A stretch of 64,000 nucleotides of DNA from Polyangiales bacterium (GTDB lineage: Bacteria > Myxococcota_A > Polyangia > Polyangiales > JAFGIB01), in contig DATEOF010000468.1 in the NCBI GenBank assembly GCA_035274465.1, positions 8,044-72,043 on the forward strand. Direction: 5' to 3'. The position numbers and the translations under genes were made by a program. The first letter of the stretch is position 1. The number at the start of each line of letters is the position of its first letter. The notes under the pieces were generated by a model, which saw only the letters and a list, made by a program, of their open reading frames with translations, was not told the origin of the DNA and ran no database searches. Below, piece by piece: positions 28,811-37,540 of the stretch.

Positions 28811-29947
28811 TCACTTGCCGGGAACCTTGCCTTCCACGCCCTTCACGTAGAAGTCGATCTTGTGCAGGAAGGCATCGTCGGCCTTCTCGCCCGCCTTGAG
28901 CAGCTCTTTGCCGGATGGATCCGAGATCGGTCCGGTCCACGGGTGAAAGCTACCGTCCGCGAGGCCCGCTTTGATCCTCTCGATCTCGGCCCTGGTTTCG
29001 GCCGGTACCTTGTCGGCGATCGAGACCAGACCGATCGCGCCTTCCTTCACGCCCCACCACACACTCTCTTTCTTCCAGCTACCTTCGAGCGCGTCCTTGA
29101 CGGCCTTCTTGTAGTACGGCGCCCAGTAGATCACCGCGGAAGCCAGGTGTGCGTTCGGGCCGAACTTGCTCATGTCCGAGTCCCAGCCGAACGCCAGCTT
29201 GCCGGCCTTCTCGGCCGTCTGCAGCACCGCGCTCGAGTCGGTGTTCTGGAACAGTATGTCGGCGCCGCCGTTGATCAGCGACTGCGCGCCCTCGGTCTCC
29301 TTCGGCGGATCGAACCACTTGTCGACCCACACCACCTTCGTCTTCACCTTCGGGTTGCTGCGCTGCGCGCCGAGCGTGAACGAGTCGATGTTGCGGATCA
29401 CTTCCGGGATCGGGATCGAGCCGATCACGCCGAGCACGTTGGTCTTCGTCATCTTGCCCGCGATCACGCCGGCCAGATATGCGCCCTCGTACGTGCGCGC
29501 ATCGTAGGTCCGCATGTTCGCGGCCATCTTGTAGCCGGTGGCGTGCTCGAATTTCACCTCGGGAGCGTCGGCTGCCACCTTGAGCATCGGCTCCATGTAG
29601 CCGAAGGTCGTGCCGAAGATCAGCGTGTTGCCCTGTCCGACCAGATCGCGCAGCACGCGCTCGGCGTCGGCGGCCTCGGGCACGTTCTCGACGAAGGTCG
29701 TCTTCACCTTGTCGCCGAACTCCGCCTCGATGGCCTTGCGCGCGCTGTCGTGCGCGAAGCTCCAACCGGCGTCACCGACCGGCCCGACGTACGCGAACGC
29801 GACCTTGAGCGGGGCGGGCTTGGCGGGTGCAGGCGCAGCGGGTGCGGGTGCGGGCTCCGCGGGTGCCGCCGGCGGCGCAGGTTTGTCGCCGCCGCAAGCG
29901 GCAAGGTAGAGCGCGAGCAGCAAGAGGGTTCTGCGAGTCGAAGCCAT
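28811..29947 (-). CDS. BMP-family (PnrA/Med-like) ABC transporter substrate-binding lipoprotein
   Basis: Lipobox LYLAAC. KVAFAYVGPVGDAGWSFAHD and downstream blocks are typical of basic membrane protein family binding proteins. Confidence 0.85.
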   Translation of the reverse strand: MASTRRTLLLLALYLAACGGDKPAPPAAPAEPAPAPAAPAPAKPAPLKVAFAYVGPVGDAGWSFAHDSARKAIEAEFGDKVKTTFVENVPEAADAERVLRDLVGQGNTLIFGTTFGYMEPMLKVAADAPEVKFEHATGYKMAANMRTYDARTYEGAYLAGVIAGKMTKTNVLGVIGSIPIPEVIRNIDSFTLGAQRSNPKVKTKVVWVDKWFDPPKETEGAQSLINGGADILFQNTDSSAVLQTAEKAGKLAFGWDSDMSKFGPNAHLASAVIYWAPYYKKAVKDALEGSWKKESVWWGVKEGAIGLVSIADKVPAETRAEIERIKAGLADGSFHPWTGPISDPSGKELLKAGEKADDAFLHKIDFYVKGVEGKVPGK

Positions 29948-30515
29948 CGGTCGAGTCTGGATCGGCGATGATTTCTAGGGTGTGTCCTGACCCCTCGGAT
30001 CCCGCAGTTTGCACCGATTTTCGCCAGGTCGCCGGCGAAAACGCAAGCCGGTTACCGAGAGCGGGGCGCTGCTGGTCCGTCTGCCGCGCGATACAGGCCG
30101 GCAGACTCGAGCATGTGAAATACGTGCAGGAAGGCGGCGCTGCGGCCGGCCTGGAGCAGGTGGCCGCCTGCGAACGTTTGGAGCTCTACGCACGCGCTGA
30201 ACCTGCGGCACGATCGGTACGGGGCGGCCGAAGAAAGGCCCGTCGGATCTTCGTGATGCGCCTGGTTGTAGAAGCGCTCGATCAGCGCCAAACCTTCGAT
30301 GCGATCCTCGTACCCGAGGGACTCGGCGGACGAGCGCCTGCGCGTGCGTTGGGATGGAGAGAGCGCAGTGCTCGCGAAGCGCGATCGACGCCTTCAGCCA
30401 GCACGCGAGTGGCGGCACGGACCAACCGCCTCGGCATGAGCGGAGTATAGTGCATCCGCGCCGGCGCGTTGGTCCGCGCGAGGGCTTGCGAGCCTCAGCC
30501 GCGTTCGAGTGAAGC

Positions 30516-31067
30516 TCACAGCTCGATCGCCGTGGTGATCACGAACGACGTGACGATCGCCGAACCCGTAAACACATGGATGGTGCGCAGCACGCGCGAG
30601 AACGTGCCGTTGCGCGTCCCACCGACCACCTCCGGCACAGCGGCCAACAAACCCGCCAACGGCTGCAGCCCCATGCCGATCAGGTGCACGTAACTCAGCG
30701 CCTCGTACGCGCTGCCGTGCGTGTTGCGGCCGGGCCAGTCGAACGCCGTAAACTCGAGCGTCACCGTCGCCGTGTAGAGCACGGTCGTGATCAGCGCCAT
30801 CAGGCCGTGCAAGGTGCTGAGCCCGTGACAGCCGTACTCGCCGAGCACCGGAGAGCCAGTGAAGCAGCGGCCGTCCGAGAACAGCGTTGGTTGATTCATC
30901 GCGACCATCGTGCCCAGCGAGAAGGTCACGAGCATCGACCCCGCCGTTGCGAGCTGCAACACCTTGTCAGCCTCGCGTGGACCCGGCTCTTCCTCGGCGC
31001 GGCCGAGTTTCGGAACCATGAGGCAAACTACGACCGCAGTCGCAAACAGTCCGAGGCATCGTTTCAT
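30516..31067 (-). CDS. small membrane protein (signal peptide plus ~4 TM helices, His in three helices)
   Basis: Start placed at ATG 31067 (MKRCLGLFATAVVVCLMV...). The upstream part of track ORF 31247 is Arg-rich noise. Hydrophobic helices contain HGLMALITT, YVHLIGMG and TIHVFTGS. Confidence 0.55.
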   Translation of the reverse strand: MKRCLGLFATAVVVCLMVPKLGRAEEEPGPREADKVLQLATAGSMLVTFSLGTMVAMNQPTLFSDGRCFTGSPVLGEYGCHGLSTLHGLMALITTVLYTATVTLEFTAFDWPGRNTHGSAYEALSYVHLIGMGLQPLAGLLAAVPEVVGGTRNGTFSRVLRTIHVFTGSAIVTSFVITTAIEL

Positions 31068-31182
31068 GACAACCCCCCTGTCGCGCGCCAAACCGCGCAG
31101 GAGCAACGCGCAGCACCTTTCGTGCCAGTGCGCGCTTGCGGCATGTCGATGAACGTCTGTGGGGTCGGCGCGGCCTCGCCGC

Positions 31183-32667
31183 TCAGATCGGTGCCGGCTC
31201 GACGCTGCCGGCAGCGGCATCGCCCGCCACGCCGGGCGCGGCAGCATTTGCCGGGCGACGGCGCTCCGCGAGCGCGCGCTGGATCTCGGCGTGACGCTGC
31301 TTGTCGATCCGGTAGCGCGCGTAGAAGATGATGGCGATGAACGCGGGGATGGCCGCGAGCGGGCCCTGGACGAAGCCGAGCTGCGCTAGCACGTCCTCCG
31401 GCACCGTGCCGGGAGCGGCCTTGACCGGGAACTTGATGATGTCGATCGCGGCGCCCGCGAGCACGTGCCCGAGGCCGGTGCTGAGCTTCGAGAAGAAGGT
31501 GCGCGCGGCGTAGAACACGCCTTCTTGTCGCCGCCCGGTGTTCAGCTCGTGCTCGTCGGCCACGTCGGCCAGCGCGGACAGCACGCTGATCGTGAGCGTG
31601 GCGAACCCTGTGTAGTACAGGAACGTGAACATCATCAGCAGCGGCACCAGCCCCTTGGCGCCGGGTCCAGGGAAGATGCCCAGCAAGCGCAAGGTGATCG
31701 GCGTCGCGACTGCGAGTGTCGCGAGCAGGAGCGCGCCGATGATGGTGAGGCGTTTGTCGAAGCGCCGGTGCAGGCGCACGGTCATGATGAATGCCAAGAT
31801 GAACGCGGGCAGCGTGATCAGCGGAAAGATCTTGAGCGTCTTGGCGGGCAGTTGCCAAAAGAACAGGCTGACGTGGGACTGCAACGTCTCGAGCGTGCCG
31901 AAGGTCGCGCTCAGCGAGAACAAGCCGAGCAGCAGGTTGCGATAGTTGTGATTGGACAGGCAGTCGCCGATCTCGCGCGCCAGCTGCAAGAGCGAGAGGC
32001 GCGGGACGTCCGTAGAAGGCGCCTTGAGGCGGGGGATCTGGTCGCGCGTGAAGTGCGCGGATGCGAAGATCGCGACTGCCGACATCAACGAGACCATGGC
32101 CGCGATGCCGACGTAGTTCTCGCGCGCCATCGTCTTGCCGGGGTGGTGGTCGAGCCAGCTCCAGCCGAACATGGCCGCGCCGGCGCCGCCGACCACGCCG
32201 AACAGCAACGTGTAGCTCATGATGATCGAGCGCTCGTGGTAGTCGTTCGAGAGCTCCGCGCCGAGCGCCAGGTGCGGCACCTGGTAGATCGTCAACGCCT
32301 GGCGATGCAGCGTGGCGAACGCCGTGAACCAGAGGAAGAGCGGGACGCCCGTCAGGCCGCTCGGCGGCGCGTAGAGCAGGTAGAAGCTGATCGCGAGCGG
32401 GATCGGCGCGGCGTACAGGAACGGATGGCGCCGGCCGAGCTTGGAGCGCCAGCGATCCGACAGCGATCCGACCAGCGGTTCGGAGATGCCATCGAGGATG
32501 AGCGAGATCGTGACCGCCAGACCCGCGAGCGTGCCGGAGAGCCCGAGCACCTGGTTGTAGAACAAGAAATTCCACGCGTTGAACGCGGTGACGATCGCGC
32601 CGTCGCTGACTGCGCCCACGCCAAAACCCAGCTTCGTGCCCATGCGAAGTCGCTCGGAGCTACTCAT
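31183..32667 (-). CDS. MFS transporter, glycoside-pentoside-hexuronide (GPH):cation symporter family
   Basis: Twelve-TM pattern. GPH signature LSDRWRSKLGRRHPFLY after TM2. Confidence 0.85.
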   Translation of the reverse strand: MSSSERLRMGTKLGFGVGAVSDGAIVTAFNAWNFLFYNQVLGLSGTLAGLAVTISLILDGISEPLVGSLSDRWRSKLGRRHPFLYAAPIPLAISFYLLYAPPSGLTGVPLFLWFTAFATLHRQALTIYQVPHLALGAELSNDYHERSIIMSYTLLFGVVGGAGAAMFGWSWLDHHPGKTMARENYVGIAAMVSLMSAVAIFASAHFTRDQIPRLKAPSTDVPRLSLLQLAREIGDCLSNHNYRNLLLGLFSLSATFGTLETLQSHVSLFFWQLPAKTLKIFPLITLPAFILAFIMTVRLHRRFDKRLTIIGALLLATLAVATPITLRLLGIFPGPGAKGLVPLLMMFTFLYYTGFATLTISVLSALADVADEHELNTGRRQEGVFYAARTFFSKLSTGLGHVLAGAAIDIIKFPVKAAPGTVPEDVLAQLGFVQGPLAAIPAFIAIIFYARYRIDKQRHAEIQRALAERRRPANAAAPGVAGDAAAGSVEPAPI

Positions 32668-32789
32668 GCGTCAACCTCTCCCGCTGATCGAGTTGCGCCA
32701 GAGTCAGCCCGAGCCGGGCTTTTTTCAAGCCTAGGATGTGGGTCCCAAGCCGCGGACGATGCAGCCTGAGCTGAAGCTCGCCTGACGAA

Positions 32790-34229
32790 TCAGGTCTTCA
32801 GCTCGCTGAACTCGCCTGGTTTACCGGTCGGCGCCTTGCCAAAGTTGGTAATCGGGCTGCCGTCTGCGTTTTTCGCGCCGACAGCGTTCGCCAGCGTGGT
32901 GAGCAACATGTTGCTGGGCGCGTCGGTGTCGTTCGCGGTTTGCGTGCCCTTCGTCAGCTTGATGTACTGGCCGAGCTTGAAGTAGCCGCCGGCGCCGCCC
33001 GCGATGATGTTGGGCAGATCCATCCAGTTGTGCCCGAGGCCGTCGCCGAGGTCGTTCATATAGCAAACGGCCGTGTTGTCGAGCACGGTGCCGCCCGGCT
33101 CGCTGTAGGCGGCCAGGCGATCCAGCAGGCCCTTGAAGCGCTGCATGTACCAGGTGTCGATGTTGAAGAGGGCAGTCTTCCACTGATCGGAAGGCAAGTT
33201 GGGCGACGTGGCGCAATCGGTGGTGGCACCGTGCGAGAGCTTGTGGTGGTTGTACTTGTTGTTGACGTCGTCCGCGGTCATGCCGAGCCAGCTGAAGATC
33301 GGACCGCCCGCGCCGGAGCCCCACTGGATGGTGGAGACGCGGTTCTGATCGCAGGCCAGCGCGAGCGCCATCACGTCGAGCAGCATGTCGCCGACCTTTT
33401 GGTACTCGCTATCGCGCGTCACGGTCGAGGGATTGATGGCCATGATGGCAGACATCTTGTCGCTCGGTAGGCCGCAGCTGATCACGCCGCTCGACATCAT
33501 CGTGGTCTCGAGCCCGCGGATGGCCGTGTAGTGCATGTCGAGCTTCGTGCGATCGGCCGCGCTGATCACGCTGTTGTTCTTGAGCGCGTCGAGGTCGCCC
33601 TTCACCGCGTCCAGGATGCTGCGCCGGCGCATGGCCAGGCGATCGAGCGTGGGGCCGGAGCTGCCGGGCATCACGGCCGACCAGTCCTTGAAGGCCTTCC
33701 AGGGATCCTGGAACGGGATCGCCTGCTGGCCGGGGCCCGTGTACGAGAAGCTGCCGGTGACGTCGTTGCTGCGGTAGCCGACCATCAGGTTGAGCGGCCC
33801 CTTGCCATTGGGGTTGATCGACTTGGCGACGACGTGATCGATCGACACGCCGGAGGCGTAACGCTCGGTGGTCATCTGGTTCGGGGCCGCGGTGAGGCGA
33901 TGACCCACGGCCTTGGAGTGGTCGTCGCCACCCGCGGGATCGCGGCCGAAGCCGCGCGGGACCAGGTGGATGCCGCGCGGCACCAGGATCTTGCCGGCGT
34001 AGTCTGCGAGCGGCGCCATTCCGGTGCCGGCGAGCGATGCAGCCGTCAGCGGCCCGTACGGCGTGGTGGGCCAGAACTTCTGCATGTTGACGCCGTTGCA
34101 GCTGAACCAGATCGCCAGCCGCTTGGGAGCCGCCGCGGCGCGCGCCTTGCGAGGCGCGAAGCTCTCGAGGAACGGCAGCGCGACCACCACGCCACCCAGA
34201 CCACGCAGGAACTGTCTACGCTGTATCAT
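32790..34229 (-). CDS. DUF1552 family protein with twin-arginine signal (module A)
   Basis: MIQRRQFLRGLGG Tat motif and an NHHKLSHG block. The ATG overlaps the upstream stop (ATGA 34226-34229). The 761-aa track ORF is a read-through artefact. Confidence 0.85.
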   Translation of the reverse strand: MIQRRQFLRGLGGVVVALPFLESFAPRKARAAAAPKRLAIWFSCNGVNMQKFWPTTPYGPLTAASLAGTGMAPLADYAGKILVPRGIHLVPRGFGRDPAGGDDHSKAVGHRLTAAPNQMTTERYASGVSIDHVVAKSINPNGKGPLNLMVGYRSNDVTGSFSYTGPGQQAIPFQDPWKAFKDWSAVMPGSSGPTLDRLAMRRRSILDAVKGDLDALKNNSVISAADRTKLDMHYTAIRGLETTMMSSGVISCGLPSDKMSAIMAINPSTVTRDSEYQKVGDMLLDVMALALACDQNRVSTIQWGSGAGGPIFSWLGMTADDVNNKYNHHKLSHGATTDCATSPNLPSDQWKTALFNIDTWYMQRFKGLLDRLAAYSEPGGTVLDNTAVCYMNDLGDGLGHNWMDLPNIIAGGAGGYFKLGQYIKLTKGTQTANDTDAPSNMLLTTLANAVGAKNADGSPITNFGKAPTGKPGEFSELKT

Positions 34230-36013
34230 GGCGCCTCCGCCGCACGGACCAGGAAAGCCTGACTGCGCGAGAGGTCGGTCAGGACATCGAGCGCGGTGTA
34301 CGAGTCGTCGTCCAGCTTGGCGGCGATCTGGCTGAGCGTGCAGGCATCGCCCTCGGCTTCGGCGCGGCCGAGCGTGTAGCGGAACCAGCTCTTCGCGTAA
34401 CACAGCCGGGCTTCGGGCGCGTCCGCGATGGCCTGGGCGAGCTCGACGCCGCTCGCGAACGGCGTCTTGTCGGTCGTGCCTGCGAGCACACCGCTGGCAT
34501 CGATCGGCTCGCCGTTCTCGGTCGTGCGGAAGCGGCCGACCGCGTCGTAGTTCTCGAGCCCGAAGCCGATAGGGTTGATCATCGTGTGGTGGCAGCTGGC
34601 GCAAGGCTCGGGCGCCGTGTGCATGTCGACCTGCTGGCGCGTGGTCTTGATCTTGCTGCCGTCGAGCGGCGGCAACGACGGCACGTTGGGCGGCGGATCC
34701 GGGATCGCGTTGCACAGGATCCGGCGCTGGATGAACACGCCGCGGTGGATCGGTGAGCTGGATTGGCTGAAGGCGTGCGTGGCCAGGAAGCCGAGCTGGG
34801 TGAGCAGGCCGGCGCGCTGCTTGGGGTCGAGCTCGGCGCGCGTCAGCGTGTCGCTCCAGCTGCCGGTGACGCCGTAGAGCGCCGCGGTGGTCTTGTTGAC
34901 GAAGCTGAACGGTGCGGTCATCAGCGAGATGAAGCCGCGCTTGCGCTCGAAGCTGATGGCGTCGACGTACTTCTCGACCTCGCCCGAGAGGGCCGGCGCC
35001 AGGTCGGGCGTGACAGTCGGGTACTGCTTGGGATCCTTGGTCAGCTTGTTCGGGTAGATGTCCAGGTCCAACCACTGGTGGTGGAAGTCGCGCACGGTCT
35101 CGCGCGCGGGCTGACCTGCGAGCAATCGCACGGCTTGCTTGGCGACCGCGTCGACGCCGTTTAGCTGGCCGGCCTCTGCAGCCGACAGCAGCATGGCGTC
35201 GGGCGTGGTGTTGACCAGCATGTACGACAGGCGCGAGGCGACCTCGTAGCTGCTGAGCGGGATCGCACCGGACTTCTTCTCGTTGCTGAGCTCGACCCGG
35301 TACAGGAACTTCGGCGACTGGAACAAGGTCTCGAGCGTCACGCGCACGCCCTTCTGAAAGTCGTCGCCGTCGTCGACCAGCATCGGGCCCTGCTTGAAGA
35401 GCGCGAGCAAGCTACTCTGCTCCGCAGCCGTCAGCGGCCGGCGCCAGACCTTCTTGCCGAACTCGGCGATGAACGTTTTGGCGCAGGTCTCACCGCCGGT
35501 CGGGTTGCAGCCGATCACGCGTGAATACGCCGCTGCGTCGGCGACCACGCGGGATGCGATGGTCTCGGCCGCGTCCCGGTACGACTTGGCTAGCACGTCG
35601 CCCACTTGCAGATCCTGGCCGCGATCGAACCCCGCCTGACGCTGGTCGGCCAGGAACTCGGCTGCCAGCTTCAGGTCCAGGCCGGTGAGATCGCGCACCG
35701 AGTTGTCGAACTGGTGGTGAGTCAGGCGAGCCAATCGCGTGGTGGGCGGCGGCAGTCCAGGGGTGCAGGCCCCGCCGCTGGCAGCTGCGCCGTTGCCACC
35801 CGCTGCCGCGCTCCCTGGGCCGCTGGTCGCGGCTGCACCACCACCAGCGCCGCCCTGCGCTGCAGGCGCCTCCGGGTCGCGCTCGCTGGGCGCGTCGTCG
35901 ATGCTACCGCTGCAGCCCAGCCCGGCGCCGAGCAGCACCAGCAGCAACACGCAACGCGCGAAGCTCCAGGTCTCACACGGACGTACAGCCATGTCACCCG
36001 ACCTTACCGCCAA
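34226..36013 (-). CDS. DUF1587/1595/1592/1588/1585-type multidomain lipoprotein with CXXCH (module A)
   Basis: Lipobox LGAGLGC. LTHHQFDNSVRDLTGLD, SPKFLYRVE, SPIHRGVFIQRRILC and CASCHHTMINPIGFGLENYDAVGRFR. Confidence 0.85.
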   Translation of the reverse strand: MAVRSGDMAVRPCETWSFARCVLLLVLLGAGLGCSGSIDDAPSERDPEAPAAQGGAGGGAAATSGPGSAAAGGNGAAASGGACTPGLPPPTTRLARLTHHQFDNSVRDLTGLDLKLAAEFLADQRQAGFDRGQDLQVGDVLAKSYRDAAETIASRVVADAAAYSRVIGCNPTGGETCAKTFIAEFGKKVWRRPLTAAEQSSLLALFKQGPMLVDDGDDFQKGVRVTLETLFQSPKFLYRVELSNEKKSGAIPLSSYEVASRLSYMLVNTTPDAMLLSAAEAGQLNGVDAVAKQAVRLLAGQPARETVRDFHHQWLDLDIYPNKLTKDPKQYPTVTPDLAPALSGEVEKYVDAISFERKRGFISLMTAPFSFVNKTTAALYGVTGSWSDTLTRAELDPKQRAGLLTQLGFLATHAFSQSSSPIHRGVFIQRRILCNAIPDPPPNVPSLPPLDGSKIKTTRQQVDMHTAPEPCASCHHTMINPIGFGLENYDAVGRFRTTENGEPIDASGVLAGTTDKTPFASGVELAQAIADAPEARLCYAKSWFRYTLGRAEAEGDACTLSQIAAKLDDDSYTALDVLTDLSRSQAFLVRAAEAP

Positions 36014-36112
36014 GCCTGCGAGCCTAGCTCAGACTAGGGCGCACGGGCCGCGCGGAACGGTTCAAAAAAGTCCGAACGGCCGAGGTTTTCTGCGGAAAGG
36101 TGCGAAACCCAC

Positions 36113-37540
36113 TCAGACGATCGGGCCCTTACACAAGCTCTCCAGCCCGAACACGTTCGAGGTGATGCCCGATGCATTTTGCACCGAAATCAGCAGGTCG
36201 TTGTTGTTGCGGCCACCGGCATCGACGATGCGGCCCGTCTTGAACTTGCCGGCGCCTTGACCCGCGAGGATGAACGGGATGTCGCGCAGGTAGTGTCCAC
36301 TCGAACTGTCACTCCAGCATTCCATGCCGAGGATCACCGAGCTGTTGAAGAGCGCGGTCTGACCCTGGCCGTCGTCGATGCTCTTGAGCGCGGTGAGCAG
36401 CTGCGCGAACTTCCCCGCGTAGAACTTGCCCATGATGTTTTGTCCCGCGACATTGTTGCTATGCTCGAGCGTGTGGTGCGCCTGGTTGACGCCCATGCTC
36501 GGCCAGCGCTGGCCGCAGGATGCGCCGGAGAGCGTGTAGGCGATCACGCGCGTGAGGTCCCACTCGAAGGCGAGCTTGATCAGCCCGATCATCTGGTCGT
36601 GCACCGGCGATAGGTCGTCACAGCTCTGCTTGCCTGCACCCTTGCCGGTGGGCCTCGCGCCGGTCGGACAGGCACCTGCGGGCGTGCCGGGCTGTGCGCC
36701 GGTCGCGCCCGCATTGAGCTCGGCCTGCACGGCGGACTCGACGTCGCGCCAACCGGCGACCAGGCCATCGAGCTTGCGCGAGTGCTCCGAGTCCATGCCG
36801 AGGCGGCGCTTCGCGTCCGAGATGTCCTGCAGCCGGAAGTCGATCAGGCTCTGCTTGCGCTTCAAGGCAGCCTGGAGCTTGGTCTTGTCTGCCACCGGCT
36901 GGTTCGAGGCGCCCGAGCAGAGCACCTGAACGCGCTCCATCAAGGTGTCGTAGAGCTGTCCCGCGTCTTGCACCGGCTCGATCGCGTTTCCGTACTGCGC
37001 GTCGCCGGACTGACGCTTGCGGTACGAGATGTAGCGCTGGCCGAGGCCCACGTTGTCCGCGTCCGATTGCGCGCCGGCCCCGACGTGCAAGCTCGCGAAC
37101 GGCAGGCCAGCCAGCGCCGGCGTTGCCTTGTAGTGATTGGCAATTGCGATGTCGATCGACTCGTTGTCTGTATAGGCATAGTACGAATCGTTCTTGGAGT
37201 AGTGATAGCTGTGGCCCGTGACACAGCCGATCAGGCCTGCGGCGTGCTCCTCCTTGTACCCGTCGGTCTTGGGCGAGCCGCCGTGGATGCTCATCTTCTT
37301 GAACAGGATGAGGTCCTGGGCGTGTGGCTGAAGCACCTCGAGCGGTGTCCCGGCCAGCTCCATGATCGAGGCCGGGTTGTTCGAGGCGGGGTGGAACGAA
37401 CCGCCCTTGAAGAACATCAAGAAGCGCGGCGCGTCGACGAACGTGCCGCCCGCGACGTAGCCCATGGCGCGCGCGACGGGTGTGAGCAAGAAGGCGAGGG
37501 CGCCGAAGCTCTTGATCAGGTCACGGCGGGTGAGTTTCAT
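36113..37540 (-). CDS. DUF1552 family protein with twin-arginine signal (module B)
   Basis: MKLTRRDLIKSFGALAF Tat motif and an AHHTLEHS block. ATGA overlap with the upstream gene at 37537-37540. Confidence 0.85.
   Translation of the reverse strand: MKLTRRDLIKSFGALAFLLTPVARAMGYVAGGTFVDAPRFLMFFKGGSFHPASNNPASIMELAGTPLEVLQPHAQDLILFKKMSIHGGSPKTDGYKEEHAAGLIGCVTGHSYHYSKNDSYYAYTDNESIDIAIANHYKATPALAGLPFASLHVGAGAQSDADNVGLGQRYISYRKRQSGDAQYGNAIEPVQDAGQLYDTLMERVQVLCSGASNQPVADKTKLQAALKRKQSLIDFRLQDISDAKRRLGMDSEHSRKLDGLVAGWRDVESAVQAELNAGATGAQPGTPAGACPTGARPTGKGAGKQSCDDLSPVHDQMIGLIKLAFEWDLTRVIAYTLSGASCGQRWPSMGVNQAHHTLEHSNNVAGQNIMGKFYAGKFAQLLTALKSIDDGQGQTALFNSSVILGMECWSDSSSGHYLRDIPFILAGQGAGKFKTGRIVDAGGRNNNDLLISVQNASGITSNVFGLESLCKGPIV

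Noticed and set aside
30052-30291. 79-aa minus-strand ORF with gene-like GC3 in the large gap upstream of the BMP gene.
   Set aside because: It has only a TTG start and is preceded in frame by Arg/Ser-rich junk and a stop. No motif is recognised. It is kept as a possible remnant in a finding and not called as a gene.
31064-32575. 503-aa minus-strand ORF overlapping the GPH transporter gene in another frame.
   Set aside because: It is Arg/His/Pro-rich. The alternative frame (31183..32667) gives a 12-TM protein with the GPH signature.
34230-35075. N-terminal 280 aa of the 761-aa track ORF 32790..35075.
   Set aside because: The frame simply stays open upstream of the real ATG 34229 (Tat motif MIQRRQFL). 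The extension is Arg/His/Pro-rich and overlaps the DUF1592-type gene, whose frame carries conserved family motifs.
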